A DNA stretch of 63,768 bases, counting the filler, from an uncultured bacterium (GTDB lineage: Bacteria; Hinthialibacterota; Hinthialibacteria; Hinthialibacterales; Hinthialibacteraceae): assembly GCA_964449065.1 (NCBI GenBank). It is 11 parts of 11 records of this genome, joined end to end, with 100 filler letters (N's around TTAATTAATTAA, not from the genome) between each part and the next. Parts side by side here need not be neighbours in the genome. Positions count along the whole stretch, not along the records: positions 52,683 to 58,177 come from CAYVAZ010000335.1; positions 58,278 to 63,768 come from CAYVAZ010000336.1; 9 more parts are not named here. One strand, 5' to 3'. Numbering within the stretch: the stretch's first letter is position 1; each line of letters begins with the position of its first letter. The position numbers were made by a program, and so were the translations under genes. The notes beneath the pieces are model-generated. The model was not told where the DNA came from. It did not search any database and saw nothing but the letters and a program-made list of their open reading frames with translations. Of the stretch, positions 52,885 to 63,734 are shown piece after piece.

Positions 52885-53961
52885 TTATTGTTCAATTATC
52901 TCAACCAGACGCTTAGCGGCAATTTCTCCGCCATAGAAGGCGGGGATTTCACTGGTTTCCCCTCTGCTAAAGCTTTCTTGAAACGATTTAACAAATCCCC
53001 AATCGCCTTGTTTCAATGCCGCTTCGTCAAATCGCGTGATCGGAATGTACCGCGCCGTTTCCCGTTCCATCACCTCATGTTCCGGAAAGTTTTCCCGCGG
53101 CGGATACGCTAACGGAACACCATGAGCGATGCATTCCGTCACAACTCCATAGCCCAGTTTTGTTATGACTCCATCACACATATTCACAATATCCGGGTGA
53201 TATATCGTTTGTGGATCGACCCACTTCACATTCGGGATATCTTTGACGCCTTCATCAAATGTTATAAATGTAATATCGCCCTGCTCTTCAAATCCTTTTC
53301 GCGGAAGCGGGTATTGATTCCCCCCAAACGTGAGCAATACCACCGTCTGTTCATCCGAAAATCCATATTGTTTCCGTGTTTTTTCACGGCTGGTTTTGGC
53401 TCTTCTTGCGATCAGGGGAATATCTTCTATGCGAGGAAAAACAGACAAATCGCCGCATAATGGGGTGCGCAACAATAGATCGCATTGCCGGTAATAATCC
53501 GCGATTTCATCAATCACAGTTTGAAATTCAGGATCAATCCGAACCAACGGTTGAAATATCCAATCCCAACTAAAGTTCCCTATGATTATACTTTGCATTC
53601 CCGTCGCTTTTGCCGCGGCAACCGCCATCGGTGATATATCCCCCACCACAATATTGGTGCCGGTTTGCTTTAATCGTTCTCCCTCGGTTTCGGCAGTGAG
53701 AGGGTAATCCTGTAACAACCGCTGCCAACTGTGCAGCGTCTGCTCATAATCGGATGTCGTGCTATCGATTTGAATCAAACCGATATCGTGAGAGAGATTT
53801 GTATATTCAAACGGACGGTGGATGGAATGATCAAACAACCACCGCGGTACCGCTGTAATGATCTCAACTACGATATCATCCGGCAGATGATTGATCACCT
53901 CGATTTCTCGAGTAGCATGGCCAAACCCATGCGATGATAGATAAAACGCAATACGCGGCAT
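52885..53961 (-). CDS. GT-B glycosyltransferase-like protein (arabinokinase N-terminal / GT28-like)
   Basis: SHGFGHATR, NFSWDWI, TFGG and K.GYG...E motifs. Confidence 0.8.
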   Translation of the reverse strand: MPRIAFYLSSHGFGHATREIEVINHLPDDIVVEIITAVPRWLFDHSIHRPFEYTNLSHDIGLIQIDSTTSDYEQTLHSWQRLLQDYPLTAETEGERLKQTGTNIVVGDISPMAVAAAKATGMQSIIIGNFSWDWIFQPLVRIDPEFQTVIDEIADYYRQCDLLLRTPLCGDLSVFPRIEDIPLIARRAKTSREKTRKQYGFSDEQTVVLLTFGGNQYPLPRKGFEEQGDITFITFDEGVKDIPNVKWVDPQTIYHPDIVNMCDGVITKLGYGVVTECIAHGVPLAYPPRENFPEHEVMERETARYIPITRFDEAALKQGDWGFVKSFQESFSRGETSEIPAFYGGEIAAKRLVEIIEQ

Positions 53962-54047
53962 ACTAATCTCTTACAAAAGAATTCTGTAAAGCAGAGAATT
54001 ATAAACAAGAAATTTTAAGAAGCGAGAGGTTGAAACGTTTGCATTTA

Positions 54048-54929
54048 TCAATTTCGTTTAAATAAGTTGATCACCTCTGCAAGTGAATGGACATGCGCAA
54101 GATGCGCGGCAGCATCCTTTCCCGCAAATCCCATCACATGCAGCCCCTTTTGTTCAAAGCGGGCAATCATTTCATACCCTGAGTCTCGATCCGTATCGGT
54201 TTTGTGAATATGCATGGGTTTAAAACTGCCGCCAACTTGTTTGACCAGTTCTTGCACGCATTCCGCCGTGGATGCATAGGTTTCTGTTTCAACTTGCGAA
54301 TAAGTAATGATCAATTCTTTTTCGCCCTTAACCGCCAAGCGGGCAAACTCCACAAACGATTGGATATCTTTCTGCTTTGGGGTTCGGTCGAAATCACTTG
54401 TAAATCCCGCGTACATGGAGTCTACCAAGACAACCCGCTGGATTTTTTGAACGTGTGCCGGATTTTTTAAAATTTCACGTACCGCCCCGTAGCCCGCGCT
54501 AAAACTTAAAAGTTCAATTGATCCAATTTGTGCGTTCTTTAAAGCACCGGCTTCAATGCATACCCGCAATGCCTGCTCTTGCAGTTGATCAAATCGCTTG
54601 GTGTTCTCAAAGGGAATTTTGTACGCATTGGATCCGCTGCCGGAATTGAAAACCAGCAGCGGATTTTGGGCATTTCGTTCTTCATGCTCATGAATGGCGT
54701 AAGGGAGGGCGGTATGGAAATGGTATGAAAGTTGTATTACGCTCTTTTTATTCAGATATGTTTTGCTGGGGATATACAACTGGGCATATTCATGCAACGA
54801 AACAATATCACCTTGGTATCGTTCAAGTTCAGGTATGGAATCATGGGTTTGAATATGGGTTAGATGCCGCTCTGTGACCGATACACAGCCGCTGAAAATG
54901 AAGGAAAATAACAGGAAGTTACGTATCAT
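54048..54929 (-). CDS. Hypothetical lipoprotein, alpha/beta-hydrolase-like
   Basis: Lipobox FSGC, SFSAGY nucleophile-elbow-like motif, LVDS.Y, late His residues. Confidence 0.55.
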   Translation of the reverse strand: MIRNFLLFSFIFSGCVSVTERHLTHIQTHDSIPELERYQGDIVSLHEYAQLYIPSKTYLNKKSVIQLSYHFHTALPYAIHEHEERNAQNPLLVFNSGSGSNAYKIPFENTKRFDQLQEQALRVCIEAGALKNAQIGSIELLSFSAGYGAVREILKNPAHVQKIQRVVLVDSMYAGFTSDFDRTPKQKDIQSFVEFARLAVKGEKELIITYSQVETETYASTAECVQELVKQVGGSFKPMHIHKTDTDRDSGYEMIARFEQKGLHVMGFAGKDAAAHLAHVHSLAEVINLFKRN

Positions 54930-55007
54930 TCGATTTTGTTGTATCAACTTTTTTGATGTTGGATATATGAACAATGTTCAAAAAGAATCTTATTTTGTTC
55001 AGATATA

Positions 55008-55036
55008 TTGACATCTTTTAGAAAGTTTTTAACAAT
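55008..55036 (+). promoter_or_regulatory. Putative sigma70 promoter
   Basis: TTGACA-N17-AACAAT upstream of SD GGAGG. Confidence 0.45.
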
Positions 55037-55078
55037 GGCATTGAGACATACTAATCTTTTAATACATGGAGGCAAGCA

Positions 55079-56527
55079 ATGAAAAAACAATTTTTCGGTG
55101 TTTTGGGCGGTTTAATTGTAACGGCTGGAATCAGTCTTACTAGCCAGGCGGAAACTGTAGCATTTTTCACCTTCGACGGAATTACCGGTACCTCGTTTTC
55201 AGATGTAACCGGTAATGGTTTTATCGGCACTTTAGGTGTGCCTGCAACAGCGGGTGCCCCCGATATCGTCCCGGGCCCTTCCGGTGAGGCGGGGGATAAC
55301 GCCATCGCGATGTCCGGCGACGGCGGCATGGTGGTGGACGATTCCGCCTTATTCGCTTTGGATATCTTTTCGCCGTTCACATTGCAGGGATGGTTTAAGT
55401 CAGCAGGTACGAACCTAGTGGATGTCCCTAACGCCCTGATTAACTATGGCCGGGGCAGCGGTGGGTATGTGCTGCAAATCGGCGGCGATGAAGGCACGAT
55501 TCAGTACAACCAGCCCGGCGTAGGAACCATTGATTCAGGTGTGCCGTTTCCGTTTGACGATGAATGGCATCATTTGGCATTGGTGAATGACTTCGATACC
55601 CGTACCGTTACGTTCTATTTGGATGGAGAAGAAATCCATTCCGAAGGGGTCGCGGATAACAACTTTGCTGGGAATCCGGAATTGGTCATAGGCCGCTTAG
55701 GGTTCACACCGAACAACCCGACTTTTCAAGGATCCGTAGACCGCATTCGCATAACCACTCTCGCGTTGACACCGGATCAATTGGATTCAGACGCGGCTAG
55801 TCCGAAAGAAATTTTTCCGGATGATACCTTGGTCTTTTTCGGTTTTGATGGCGGAGAATTGCCGTTCCCCAATCAAGGGATTGAATCCGGTTTAAGCATG
55901 ATTACTGCCCGCGGGTTCGCGGCCGGTGCCGAAAACGCTCCGGAATTAAGTGATGACACGCCATCCGGGCTCGAGGGCGATCAAAGTTTGCTTACCGGCG
56001 GCGGCTCTCACGCCTTGGTGTTGGATCCAAACAAAGCGTTGGAAGTTGGCGGCGAAGGCAATGATATGACCCTGGAGGCATGGGTGAAATACGAAGCCTC
56101 CGTGACCAACGACCGTATGGTTATCTTTTATTATGGCCCCGGTTCGTATTCGTTCTCGATCAGCGGCGGTGATCCGCGATTGTTGTTTGTCACCGCGTTG
56201 CGCATTGTTGACTTCAGTTCGCAAAATGCCGTGGTCCCGCCGGATCAATGGAACCACGTTGCCTTGGTTCACCGCGATGGTGTTTCCTTCTCGTTTTATG
56301 TGAATGGAGAACTGATTGAAGAAGATGAATACACCCAAGGAATCCGCTTGGCCGAAGTCAACCAGCTGACCATCGGTTCCGAACCCAACGGTGTCTTGCC
56401 GTTTGACGGCTGGATTGACCGCGTACGCATTAGTAATGTAGCGTTGGAACCGGAAGATTTTGATTCCGACCCGGCAACATTGATTGATGTACCCCAAACA
56501 GCCGTGCAGGAATGGTCGGTATTTTAG
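55079..56527 (+). CDS. Secreted protein with two LamG domains; C-terminal TAVQEWSVF motif
   Basis: Two repeats of T...W.K, W.H.ALV, FY..G and F.G..DR.RI...AL. Signal peptide present. Confidence 0.88.
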   Translation: MKKQFFGVLGGLIVTAGISLTSQAETVAFFTFDGITGTSFSDVTGNGFIGTLGVPATAGAPDIVPGPSGEAGDNAIAMSGDGGMVVDDSALFALDIFSPFTLQGWFKSAGTNLVDVPNALINYGRGSGGYVLQIGGDEGTIQYNQPGVGTIDSGVPFPFDDEWHHLALVNDFDTRTVTFYLDGEEIHSEGVADNNFAGNPELVIGRLGFTPNNPTFQGSVDRIRITTLALTPDQLDSDAASPKEIFPDDTLVFFGFDGGELPFPNQGIESGLSMITARGFAAGAENAPELSDDTPSGLEGDQSLLTGGGSHALVLDPNKALEVGGEGNDMTLEAWVKYEASVTNDRMVIFYYGPGSYSFSISGGDPRLLFVTALRIVDFSSQNAVVPPDQWNHVALVHRDGVSFSFYVNGELIEEDEYTQGIRLAEVNQLTIGSEPNGVLPFDGWIDRVRISNVALEPEDFDSDPATLIDVPQTAVQEWSVF

Positions 56528-56556
56528 GATGAAATTCAAAGTTTTTAAGATTATGC

Positions 56557-56584
56557 GTAGGGGCACGTTGCAACGTGCCCCTAC
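56557..56584. repeat. GTAG-type REP perfect palindrome
   Basis: GTAGGGGCACGTTGCAACGTGCCCCTAC between convergent genes. Confidence 0.85.
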
Positions 56585-56599
56585 GGTTTTATGGTATGA

Positions 56600-57946
56600 T
56601 TACGGCAAAATGATTTCCGTACGCGTAAACGGAATATTTGATACATCAACCGGTAAATGAGAATTCGGGGCGGTATGGACGAAAAAATCTTTTTTGCCGT
56701 CCGGCAGCAGTATTTTCACGCTGTAATGCCCCTGCCGCAAAATAATCGTCTCCTCAAACTGATTGTGCCCGTTTACGGTAATGTTGTTGGGTGGTTGTTT
56801 CATCTGCAATGTTACAGTGCTGTAACCGCGCCGGTCAAACTGTGCTTCTTCGTAAATAAAATGAACCATAATCAGCATGGAAGTGATAACCGGAACCGCC
56901 ACAACGGTTCGATAAAACGAATTGGGAATGATTACCGGCATATACGAAAGCACCAATAACAAACAAGGCGCCGCTTCAAACGCGAATAAATCCCAATCCT
57001 GGTTCATCCCCAAGTTCGGGTGCCACACGATGGTGAATCCCACATAACAAAACGTATACAAAAACAAAAAAAGACGTTCCGGCTTTAATACACTCCGCCA
57101 TCCTGCCGCGTATATTCCCAGCAAAATCACAAACCAATAAATCCACGAACGCATGGCCCAGCCATAAACCCAATCGGCGATATGCCATACCGACAAAAAG
57201 GTATACCAATCCGGCCGCGCGGGGTCGGGCGTCAGCGGAACGAAATTGGTGCTGGGGGATAACCCGTAAATATAGAGCCCAAACATACTGCAATACAGTT
57301 TAAAGATGGGAATGAATGCCAATGGAAGCAGACCAGTCCCGATGCCAATATAGTCACGCCAATACTTATTTTTAAAGACCGGCAACGCCAGCAATGAAGG
57401 CAGCGCAAAGAGAATTCCCAAATGAATCCATGCCGCCAGTGAGAAGATGAGTGCTACCGTTCTTGCACTATACTGATGGCGCAAATACCCCATTCCCACA
57501 TAGCCGTACAAAAATAAAAACACCAAAAATTGCGTGTAATATTCCGTATGGCCATTGCAATACAGCGCCAAGCCGGATGAAAAAAACAATCCCAACACCC
57601 ACAACGGATCTACTTGAATATAGCGTTGATTGAAACGCAATAAAACGTAAATGGAAACCGCACCGGCTAAACACGAAACCAGTTGAATAACAGAAAGCCC
57701 ATCCCAGCCGAGTGGATGGAGGATTCTATAAACCAACTGAAATAGAGATTGGGATAACAGCTCCGAATGCACCATCCAATAGCCCGCTTCCACCATTCGT
57801 TCGATCTGATCGCCGTCGCCCGAATACACGAACGAGCGGTAGTGCCAAAAGAAGCCAAACAGGATGACGCTTACGATGGCGGCATACCCTTCAATCCATT
57901 TTCCATATAAATGATATTCATGTGGTGCGGTTTGATTTTCGATCAT
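56600..57946 (-). CDS. Polytopic membrane protein, possibly GT-C fold
   Basis: About 10 TM helices. SGD, E.Y and DWDL acidic loop motifs. Confidence 0.6.
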   Translation of the reverse strand: MIENQTAPHEYHLYGKWIEGYAAIVSVILFGFFWHYRSFVYSGDGDQIERMVEAGYWMVHSELLSQSLFQLVYRILHPLGWDGLSVIQLVSCLAGAVSIYVLLRFNQRYIQVDPLWVLGLFFSSGLALYCNGHTEYYTQFLVFLFLYGYVGMGYLRHQYSARTVALIFSLAAWIHLGILFALPSLLALPVFKNKYWRDYIGIGTGLLPLAFIPIFKLYCSMFGLYIYGLSPSTNFVPLTPDPARPDWYTFLSVWHIADWVYGWAMRSWIYWFVILLGIYAAGWRSVLKPERLFLFLYTFCYVGFTIVWHPNLGMNQDWDLFAFEAAPCLLLVLSYMPVIIPNSFYRTVVAVPVITSMLIMVHFIYEEAQFDRRGYSTVTLQMKQPPNNITVNGHNQFEETIILRQGHYSVKILLPDGKKDFFVHTAPNSHLPVDVSNIPFTRTEIILP

Positions 57947-57979
57947 AGCAAGTATCTTGAATAGGGTTTTCCGTATTAT

Positions 57980-58177
57980 AATCTCATGTTACGCACTACA
58001 TTATGATATGCTCGTTATTCTAATCTTTCGCTGAATTTATCGCCCTCGCCCACCGGGAGAGGGACGGGGTGAGGGCTTATGGAGACAATACCCCATACGG
58101 ACACGATTGCGTCATAGGGAGCCATCGCTCTCATCGCCCTCATCTCTTATCTTCTCCCAAAGGGAGAAGACGATAGA
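57980..58177 (+). repeat. Repeat family R1, longest copy
   Basis: Homologous to 35243-35382 and the reverse complement of 31030-31210. Confidence 0.85.
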
Positions 58178-58277
58178 NNNNNNNNNNNNNNNNNNNNNNN
58201 NNNNNNNNNNNNNNNNNNNNNTTAATTAATTAANNNNNNNNNNNNNNNNNNNNNNNNNNNNNNNNNNNNNNNNNNNN

Positions 58278-58328
58278 TGTTACGTTTCTTCTTCGCTATA
58301 TCCCTCAAGGCTTTTTTTGAGGGTTCGG
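58278..58328 (+). repeat. Repeat near-identical to 41483-41532
   Basis: TGTTACGTTTCTTCTTCGCTATATCCCTCAAGGCT...GAGGGTTCG. Confidence 0.8.
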
Positions 58329-58375
58329 TGCTCGTCACTCATCACTTGCCTTCCAATTATACGGATGAGGCACAC

Positions 58376-58414
58376 AAAAGAAAACGCCGAAGAGCGTTGC
58401 CACTCTCCGGCGTT
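58376..58414 (-). terminator. Rho-independent terminator of the DegP gene
   Basis: AACGCCGGAGAGTG-GCAA-CGCTCTTCGGCGTT followed by TTCTTTT. Confidence 0.75.
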
Positions 58415-58436
58415 GGTTGTGTCCATAAAGTATTGG

Positions 58437-59981
58437 TTACTTCAGTTCAATCGTCGGTGCAATATAGCGGGCTTGCAATCGTGCCCCGGCACGGTGAATG
58501 TACATCAGGATGGAGCGCTTGTCTTTGCCTTCTTCTTCCATCTTATCACGGATTTTTTTCAACACGTTGTTGAATTCTTCTTCCGTGGTGACATTGGTTT
58601 CCGCCACTTCCGAAATCACGTCGCCGCGCTGCAGATCGGCCGGGGATACATTCCCACCGGGAATGACTTGCGTAATGATCACACCCTTCAGGTCTTTATC
58701 GTAACCTTTTTCACGGGCGACTTCAGCCGTTAAGGTTTGCACATCGATTCCCAATAACGTTTGCGCGAGAGAAGCATCCTCACCGGACGGTTCACCTTCC
58801 CGGCCCAGCATGGCCAATTCTTCGGCTTTCGGGCGTTCGGCAAGGGTTAACTGCTTGGTCAGTTTTTCGCCTTCGCGTGAGATAAGAACTTCAACTTCTT
58901 CACCGACCGGCATTTGCGAAATAACCGATATCAGATGCTCGTTATCGGTGATCTTGGTGCCGTCGACTTCCAAAATCACGTCGCGTTTGTTTAACCCGGC
59001 TTTTTCGGCAGGTGTCCCTTCATTGACGTTCACAATAATGGCACCGTAATCCAGTCCGTATTCTTCTTTAAAGTGTTTTTCCACTGCTGGGTCGGGATTG
59101 AGGTACACACCCAAATACCCGCGGCGTACGCGTTTGTATTCGCGTAAATCCTCGACAACTTTTTTTGCCAAATTTGAGGGAATCGCGAACCCGATCCCCA
59201 AGTTGGCGGGGCGTCCCGCGGTTTGAATGGAATTGTTGATCGCGATCAACTCACCGTTCAGGTTAATGAGCGCTCCACCGCTGTTGCCGGGGTTGATCGC
59301 CGCGGTGGTTTGGATGAAGTCTTTAAACATAAAGCCTTCGGCGGCGCCAACCGGAACGTCTTCATTGGTGCGGCCTTTGGCGCTGACAATGCCTTCACTA
59401 ACGGATTGCTCTAACCCGAACGGATTGCCGATTGCAAGCACCCAGTCGCCGATTTGCAAGGCATCCGAATCGCCGAACTTGGCGAAATCATAGGTGCGGG
59501 TTTCATCCAATTGAATCAGTGCCAAATCGGATTCGGGATCCGTGGCTACGACTTTTGCTTCTACCTCGGTACCGTCGTCCAGTTTAATTTCTAATTTATC
59601 CGCGTCTTTCACGACATGATAATTGGTGACCGCTTGGCCGTCTTTGGAGATGATCACACCGGACCCCTGCCATTGCTGGCGGCGCAGCATGTCTTCATCA
59701 AACATCTCCGGATTGATAAACGGCTTGAAAAATTCCGGGATTTGCTCCAGTTCGGATTCATCAAAATTGACTGGATCGGCCGTTCGTTCCGCCGAAATAC
59801 TCACCACAGCGGGTTTGACCTTATGGATGGCATCACGAAAAGCCTGCGACAATTCGTTGGCATAATTAGCCTGCGCTTCTACCCGCTGCGCGGGGATTTG
59901 CAGCCATACGAATGCAGCAATCAAACAGACCGATAGACTGCATAAGAGTGTTTTGCTTGAGGTTGTACTTCTGGTATTCAT
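58437..59981 (-). CDS. DegP/DegQ (Do) serine protease with two PDZ domains
   Basis: TNYHV, SDLA and INPGNSGG motifs, GYLGV PDZ. SD GGAGG. Confidence 0.93.
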   Translation of the reverse strand: MNTRSTTSSKTLLCSLSVCLIAAFVWLQIPAQRVEAQANYANELSQAFRDAIHKVKPAVVSISAERTADPVNFDESELEQIPEFFKPFINPEMFDEDMLRRQQWQGSGVIISKDGQAVTNYHVVKDADKLEIKLDDGTEVEAKVVATDPESDLALIQLDETRTYDFAKFGDSDALQIGDWVLAIGNPFGLEQSVSEGIVSAKGRTNEDVPVGAAEGFMFKDFIQTTAAINPGNSGGALINLNGELIAINNSIQTAGRPANLGIGFAIPSNLAKKVVEDLREYKRVRRGYLGVYLNPDPAVEKHFKEEYGLDYGAIIVNVNEGTPAEKAGLNKRDVILEVDGTKITDNEHLISVISQMPVGEEVEVLISREGEKLTKQLTLAERPKAEELAMLGREGEPSGEDASLAQTLLGIDVQTLTAEVAREKGYDKDLKGVIITQVIPGGNVSPADLQRGDVISEVAETNVTTEEEFNNVLKKIRDKMEEEGKDKRSILMYIHRAGARLQARYIAPTIELK

Positions 59982-60209
59982 AAAGTTGCCTCCAATAAAA
60001 GTTATGTATTCAATCATCAAGAACGACTGCGATTTCATACAGTAACGAAACTCGATCATGTTTACATCATTTCACAACCCATTCGGTTCCGCCTGCTTCT
60101 TTCTTCAGTGTATAGTTATTATGACTTGCTACAAATGTTCGTAAGAATTTTTTCCTCCGAACCATGTTTGGGAACGAAACCATTCAGTTTCCGTATTGCT
60201 TGCCATTCC

Positions 60210-60797
60210 TTATTTCCCCACCAGCGAATCATCGCAAGGGCGAGAAACGCTTGGGCCGACTCGTGTAATATCCCCCACACTGTTCAATCCATTGGTGGCA
60301 TTGTATGTCACTACATTGCCGAACGACTGCAATCCATCCGGGCCAGCACTGGCGATTCGCCATTGGCTGCAGCGGAATGACGCGCCTAAGGTTTGGTTCC
60401 CCAGGGTGTTATAAACAGACCACGCATCCACATAATCATACGAGTCATACGCCGGGTGCGATTGTTCGACAATGGTTTCGCCGCCGATTGTTTCCAAGAA
60501 CGGGTCCTGCCCGATCGACGACATATACGCAATCGGGGTCGTTAACGGATTCAATCGTGCCGAAACCGGCCATATATTGCCGCCATCAAAAGTGAGAAAT
60601 ACAGGATACATGTTGTTATCCATTTGATACATCTCCAAAGCCGTACCCATGTTCCGTAATTCCGATTCCACTCTTGCGATCTTGGCTTTCAGCTGCGCGT
60701 TTAAAAAATTCGGGACGGCAATCGCCGCCAAAATGCCGATAATGGCCACAACAATTAACAACTCAATCAGGGTAAACGCTTGCAAAGGGCGCTTCAT
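60210..60797 (-). CDS. GspG-like pseudopilin
   Basis: QA|FTLIELLIVVAIIGILAAIAVPNF, LTTPIAY..S...DPF, SAGPDG and TNGL.S.GDI motifs. Confidence 0.88.
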   Translation of the reverse strand: MKRPLQAFTLIELLIVVAIIGILAAIAVPNFLNAQLKAKIARVESELRNMGTALEMYQMDNNMYPVFLTFDGGNIWPVSARLNPLTTPIAYMSSIGQDPFLETIGGETIVEQSHPAYDSYDYVDAWSVYNTLGNQTLGASFRCSQWRIASAGPDGLQSFGNVVTYNATNGLNSVGDITRVGPSVSRPCDDSLVGK

Positions 60798-60996
60798 AAA
60801 GTTTTTCCTTTCGTTTCCGCAAAATGTATAATGCTTTTCTTTAATCTGTTCAGCTTACTAGAAGCGCTGCTATCAGCAAGTTAGGATTGTGATTCTGCTT
60901 TGCGATCCTATAATGGAAAGTTTCACGCCGCTTCATACATTTCGCAGAAATATGTTGAGAAATACCGGCAGTTCTAGACAAGTAAACGAGGTCACA

Positions 60997-63642
60997 ATGA
61001 AAACGCAGGAAATTAGAGACGCCTACCGGGAATTTTTTGTGGAACGGGGGCACACCGCCATGCCCAGCGATTCGCTCGTACCCCGCAACGACCCCACGTT
61101 GCTCTTTACCAGCGCGGGCATGGTACAGTTTAAGCCCTATTTTCGCGGGGAAATGGGCGATGAAATGACCCGTGCCACTACCTGCCAAAAGTGTTTCCGC
61201 ACCAGTGATATCGAAAATGTTGGTTATACCGAACGCCACCATACTTTCTTCGAAATGCTCGGCAATTTCTCCTTCGGCGATTACTTTAAGCAAGACGCCA
61301 TCCGCTGGGCGTGGGAATTCTCCACCGACTATATGAAACTGCCGAAAGAGAAAATCTGGGCAAGCATCTATGAAAAAGATGAAGAATCCGCGGATATCTG
61401 GGTGCAGGAAACCGACCTGCCCGCCGATAGGATTGTCCGGCTGGGTGAAAAAGACAACTTCTGGCCCTCCAGCGGAATCTTGGGACCGTCCGGCCCCTGC
61501 TCGGAACTTTACTATGACCTTGGCCCCGAAGCCGACCCCAACGACCCGGAGGGCATACCCGGTGTGAGCGACCGCTATCTGGAATATTGGAACTTGGTCT
61601 TCACCCAATACGACCGCCAATCCGATGGCAGCCTCTTGCCTTTGACCCGCAAAAACATCGATACCGGACTTGGCCTTGAACGTCTCGCCAGCATTATGCA
61701 GGGAGTACGCTCTAATTTTGAAACCGACAGCATCACCAGCATCATTCAATATTTTGAAAACGTAACGAAAACCAAATTCCGCAACGAGACTAAAACAGAT
61801 GTATCCCTGCGTGTTTTGGCTGATCATCTTCGCGCAACCGCTTTCGTATTAACCGACGGCGTGATGCCCTCCAACACGGGTAGAGGTTATGTGCTGCGCC
61901 GCATTATGCGCCGCGCCATTCGTCACGGTTTACTCTTGGGAATCGAAAAAGACTTAATGTCACCCGCTATCGAAGTGATTGCGGAGAACTATTCGGCGGA
62001 ATATCCCGATGTGAAGGAACGACTTAACTTCACCCGCCGCATTGCCGCCGCGGAAGAAGAGACTTTCCGCTCTACCCTCAACCGCGGATTGGTTATGCTG
62101 GGTGAAATGGCAGATGAAGCCGAAAAAGAAGGCAAGAAGCAACTGCCCGGCGAAAAGGCGTTTGTGCTGTATGACACCTACGGCATGCCCGCTGATTTAA
62201 CCGAAGAAATTTTGAAAGAACGAAATTTAGAAGGCTTCGATCAATCCGAGTTCGACCAATGCATGGAAGAGCAGCGCAAACGCGCGCAAGCCGCCTGGCG
62301 CGGTTCCGGTGAAACCAAAGTTGAAGTGGATTTAAATATTGACCCCACCAAATTCACCGGGTATGAATCCCTGCATGAAGAATCCAAAGTCATCGCGCTC
62401 TATCAAAACGGCAAGCGGATGGATGCTATTGTGGCAGGACAGCCGGTGGAACTCATCACCGAAAAAACGCCTTTCTATGCTGAATCCGGGGGACAGGTTG
62501 GCGATAAAGGAACCATCGAAGCCCTGGGCGACAGTTACGCGATCGTTCGGGTAGAGACCACCCGCAAAACCGCTTCGGGCGTGTATGTTCATATCGGAGA
62601 AGTCGAACAAGGCACCATCAATGAAACCGACAAAGTACAACTGACTGTGGATAAAGAATGCCGCGTTCCGGTTATGAAGCATCATACGGCGACTCACCTG
62701 TTGCAGGCCGCGCTGCAAAAAGTCATTGGTGGTCATGTAAAGCAGGCCGGTTCGTTGGTGGAAAAAGACCATTTTCGTTTCGACTTTACCCATTACGAAG
62801 GCGTAAAACCCGATCAACTGCAAGAGATCGAGCAAATTGTGAATCGGTGGGTCTATGAGAACCATGCAGTCAAAACAGAAGTCACCTCATTGGATGATGC
62901 CCGAAAACGCGGTGCGATGGCGCTCTTTGGTGAAAAATACGGCGATCAAGTCCGCGTGGTTGAAGTGGTCAATGAGCAGGATCAAGAGCATCCGGTGAGT
63001 TTGGAACTTTGCGGCGGGACTCATGTTTCATCCACGGGAGACATCGGCAGCGTCAGGATTCTTGCTGAGAGTTCGGTCTCGGCAGGCAACCGCCGAATCG
63101 AAGCCGTCGCCGGGCCGCTGGCAGTCGAATATACACAAAACGAACATGCCCTCTTACAAAATCTATCATCACGCTTAAACGTTACGCCGGAAGAAACCCC
63201 GGAACGGGTAAACCGCTTGATCGAACAAATCAAATCGCTGGAAAAAGAGAATAAAGAGTTGCGGCAAAAATCCATGCAAAGCGCCGCTACGGATTTCTTG
63301 CAGGATGCCGAAGATATAAACGGGGTGCAAGTGATTACCCGCCAACTGGATGACGCCGGTAAAGATGAACTGCAAGCCGCGATGGATTCGCTGATGAATC
63401 AAGCCCATCAACGCGCCGCTATGCTTGCCTCCGCGGGCAATGGCAGTGTTACATTTATATGCGGTGTGAGCGATGACCTAACCTCGCAGTTAAATGCCGG
63501 CGCGATTGTCAAAGAAGTCGCGAAAATCGCGGGCGGAGGAGGCGGCGGCCGTAAAGACCGCGCCCAGGCAGGCGGCAAAGATTCTAAGAAAATTCCTGAC
63601 GTCTTTAGCCGATTTAAGGAAATCGTATCCCAATCAAAATAA
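60997..63642 (+). CDS. alaS: Alanine--tRNA ligase
   Basis: LLFTSAGM, HHTFFEMLGNFSFGDYFK, HTATH, ELCGGTH and GGGGG motifs. Confidence 0.98.
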   Translation: MKTQEIRDAYREFFVERGHTAMPSDSLVPRNDPTLLFTSAGMVQFKPYFRGEMGDEMTRATTCQKCFRTSDIENVGYTERHHTFFEMLGNFSFGDYFKQDAIRWAWEFSTDYMKLPKEKIWASIYEKDEESADIWVQETDLPADRIVRLGEKDNFWPSSGILGPSGPCSELYYDLGPEADPNDPEGIPGVSDRYLEYWNLVFTQYDRQSDGSLLPLTRKNIDTGLGLERLASIMQGVRSNFETDSITSIIQYFENVTKTKFRNETKTDVSLRVLADHLRATAFVLTDGVMPSNTGRGYVLRRIMRRAIRHGLLLGIEKDLMSPAIEVIAENYSAEYPDVKERLNFTRRIAAAEEETFRSTLNRGLVMLGEMADEAEKEGKKQLPGEKAFVLYDTYGMPADLTEEILKERNLEGFDQSEFDQCMEEQRKRAQAAWRGSGETKVEVDLNIDPTKFTGYESLHEESKVIALYQNGKRMDAIVAGQPVELITEKTPFYAESGGQVGDKGTIEALGDSYAIVRVETTRKTASGVYVHIGEVEQGTINETDKVQLTVDKECRVPVMKHHTATHLLQAALQKVIGGHVKQAGSLVEKDHFRFDFTHYEGVKPDQLQEIEQIVNRWVYENHAVKTEVTSLDDARKRGAMALFGEKYGDQVRVVEVVNEQDQEHPVSLELCGGTHVSSTGDIGSVRILAESSVSAGNRRIEAVAGPLAVEYTQNEHALLQNLSSRLNVTPEETPERVNRLIEQIKSLEKENKELRQKSMQSAATDFLQDAEDINGVQVITRQLDDAGKDELQAAMDSLMNQAHQRAAMLASAGNGSVTFICGVSDDLTSQLNAGAIVKEVAKIAGGGGGGRKDRAQAGGKDSKKIPDVFSRFKEIVSQSK

Positions 63643-63718
63643 ACAACTCAAATAAAAATACTTGCAATATTTTACCATTTCATTTATAATTTCATTACAC
63701 TCTGTAAACAGTTATTAA

Positions 63719-63734
63719 TAACTGATGTTACGCA
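63719..63734 (+). repeat. R1 terminal motif near contig end
   Basis: TAACTGATGTTACGCA. Inverted copy at 36-51. Confidence 0.7.
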
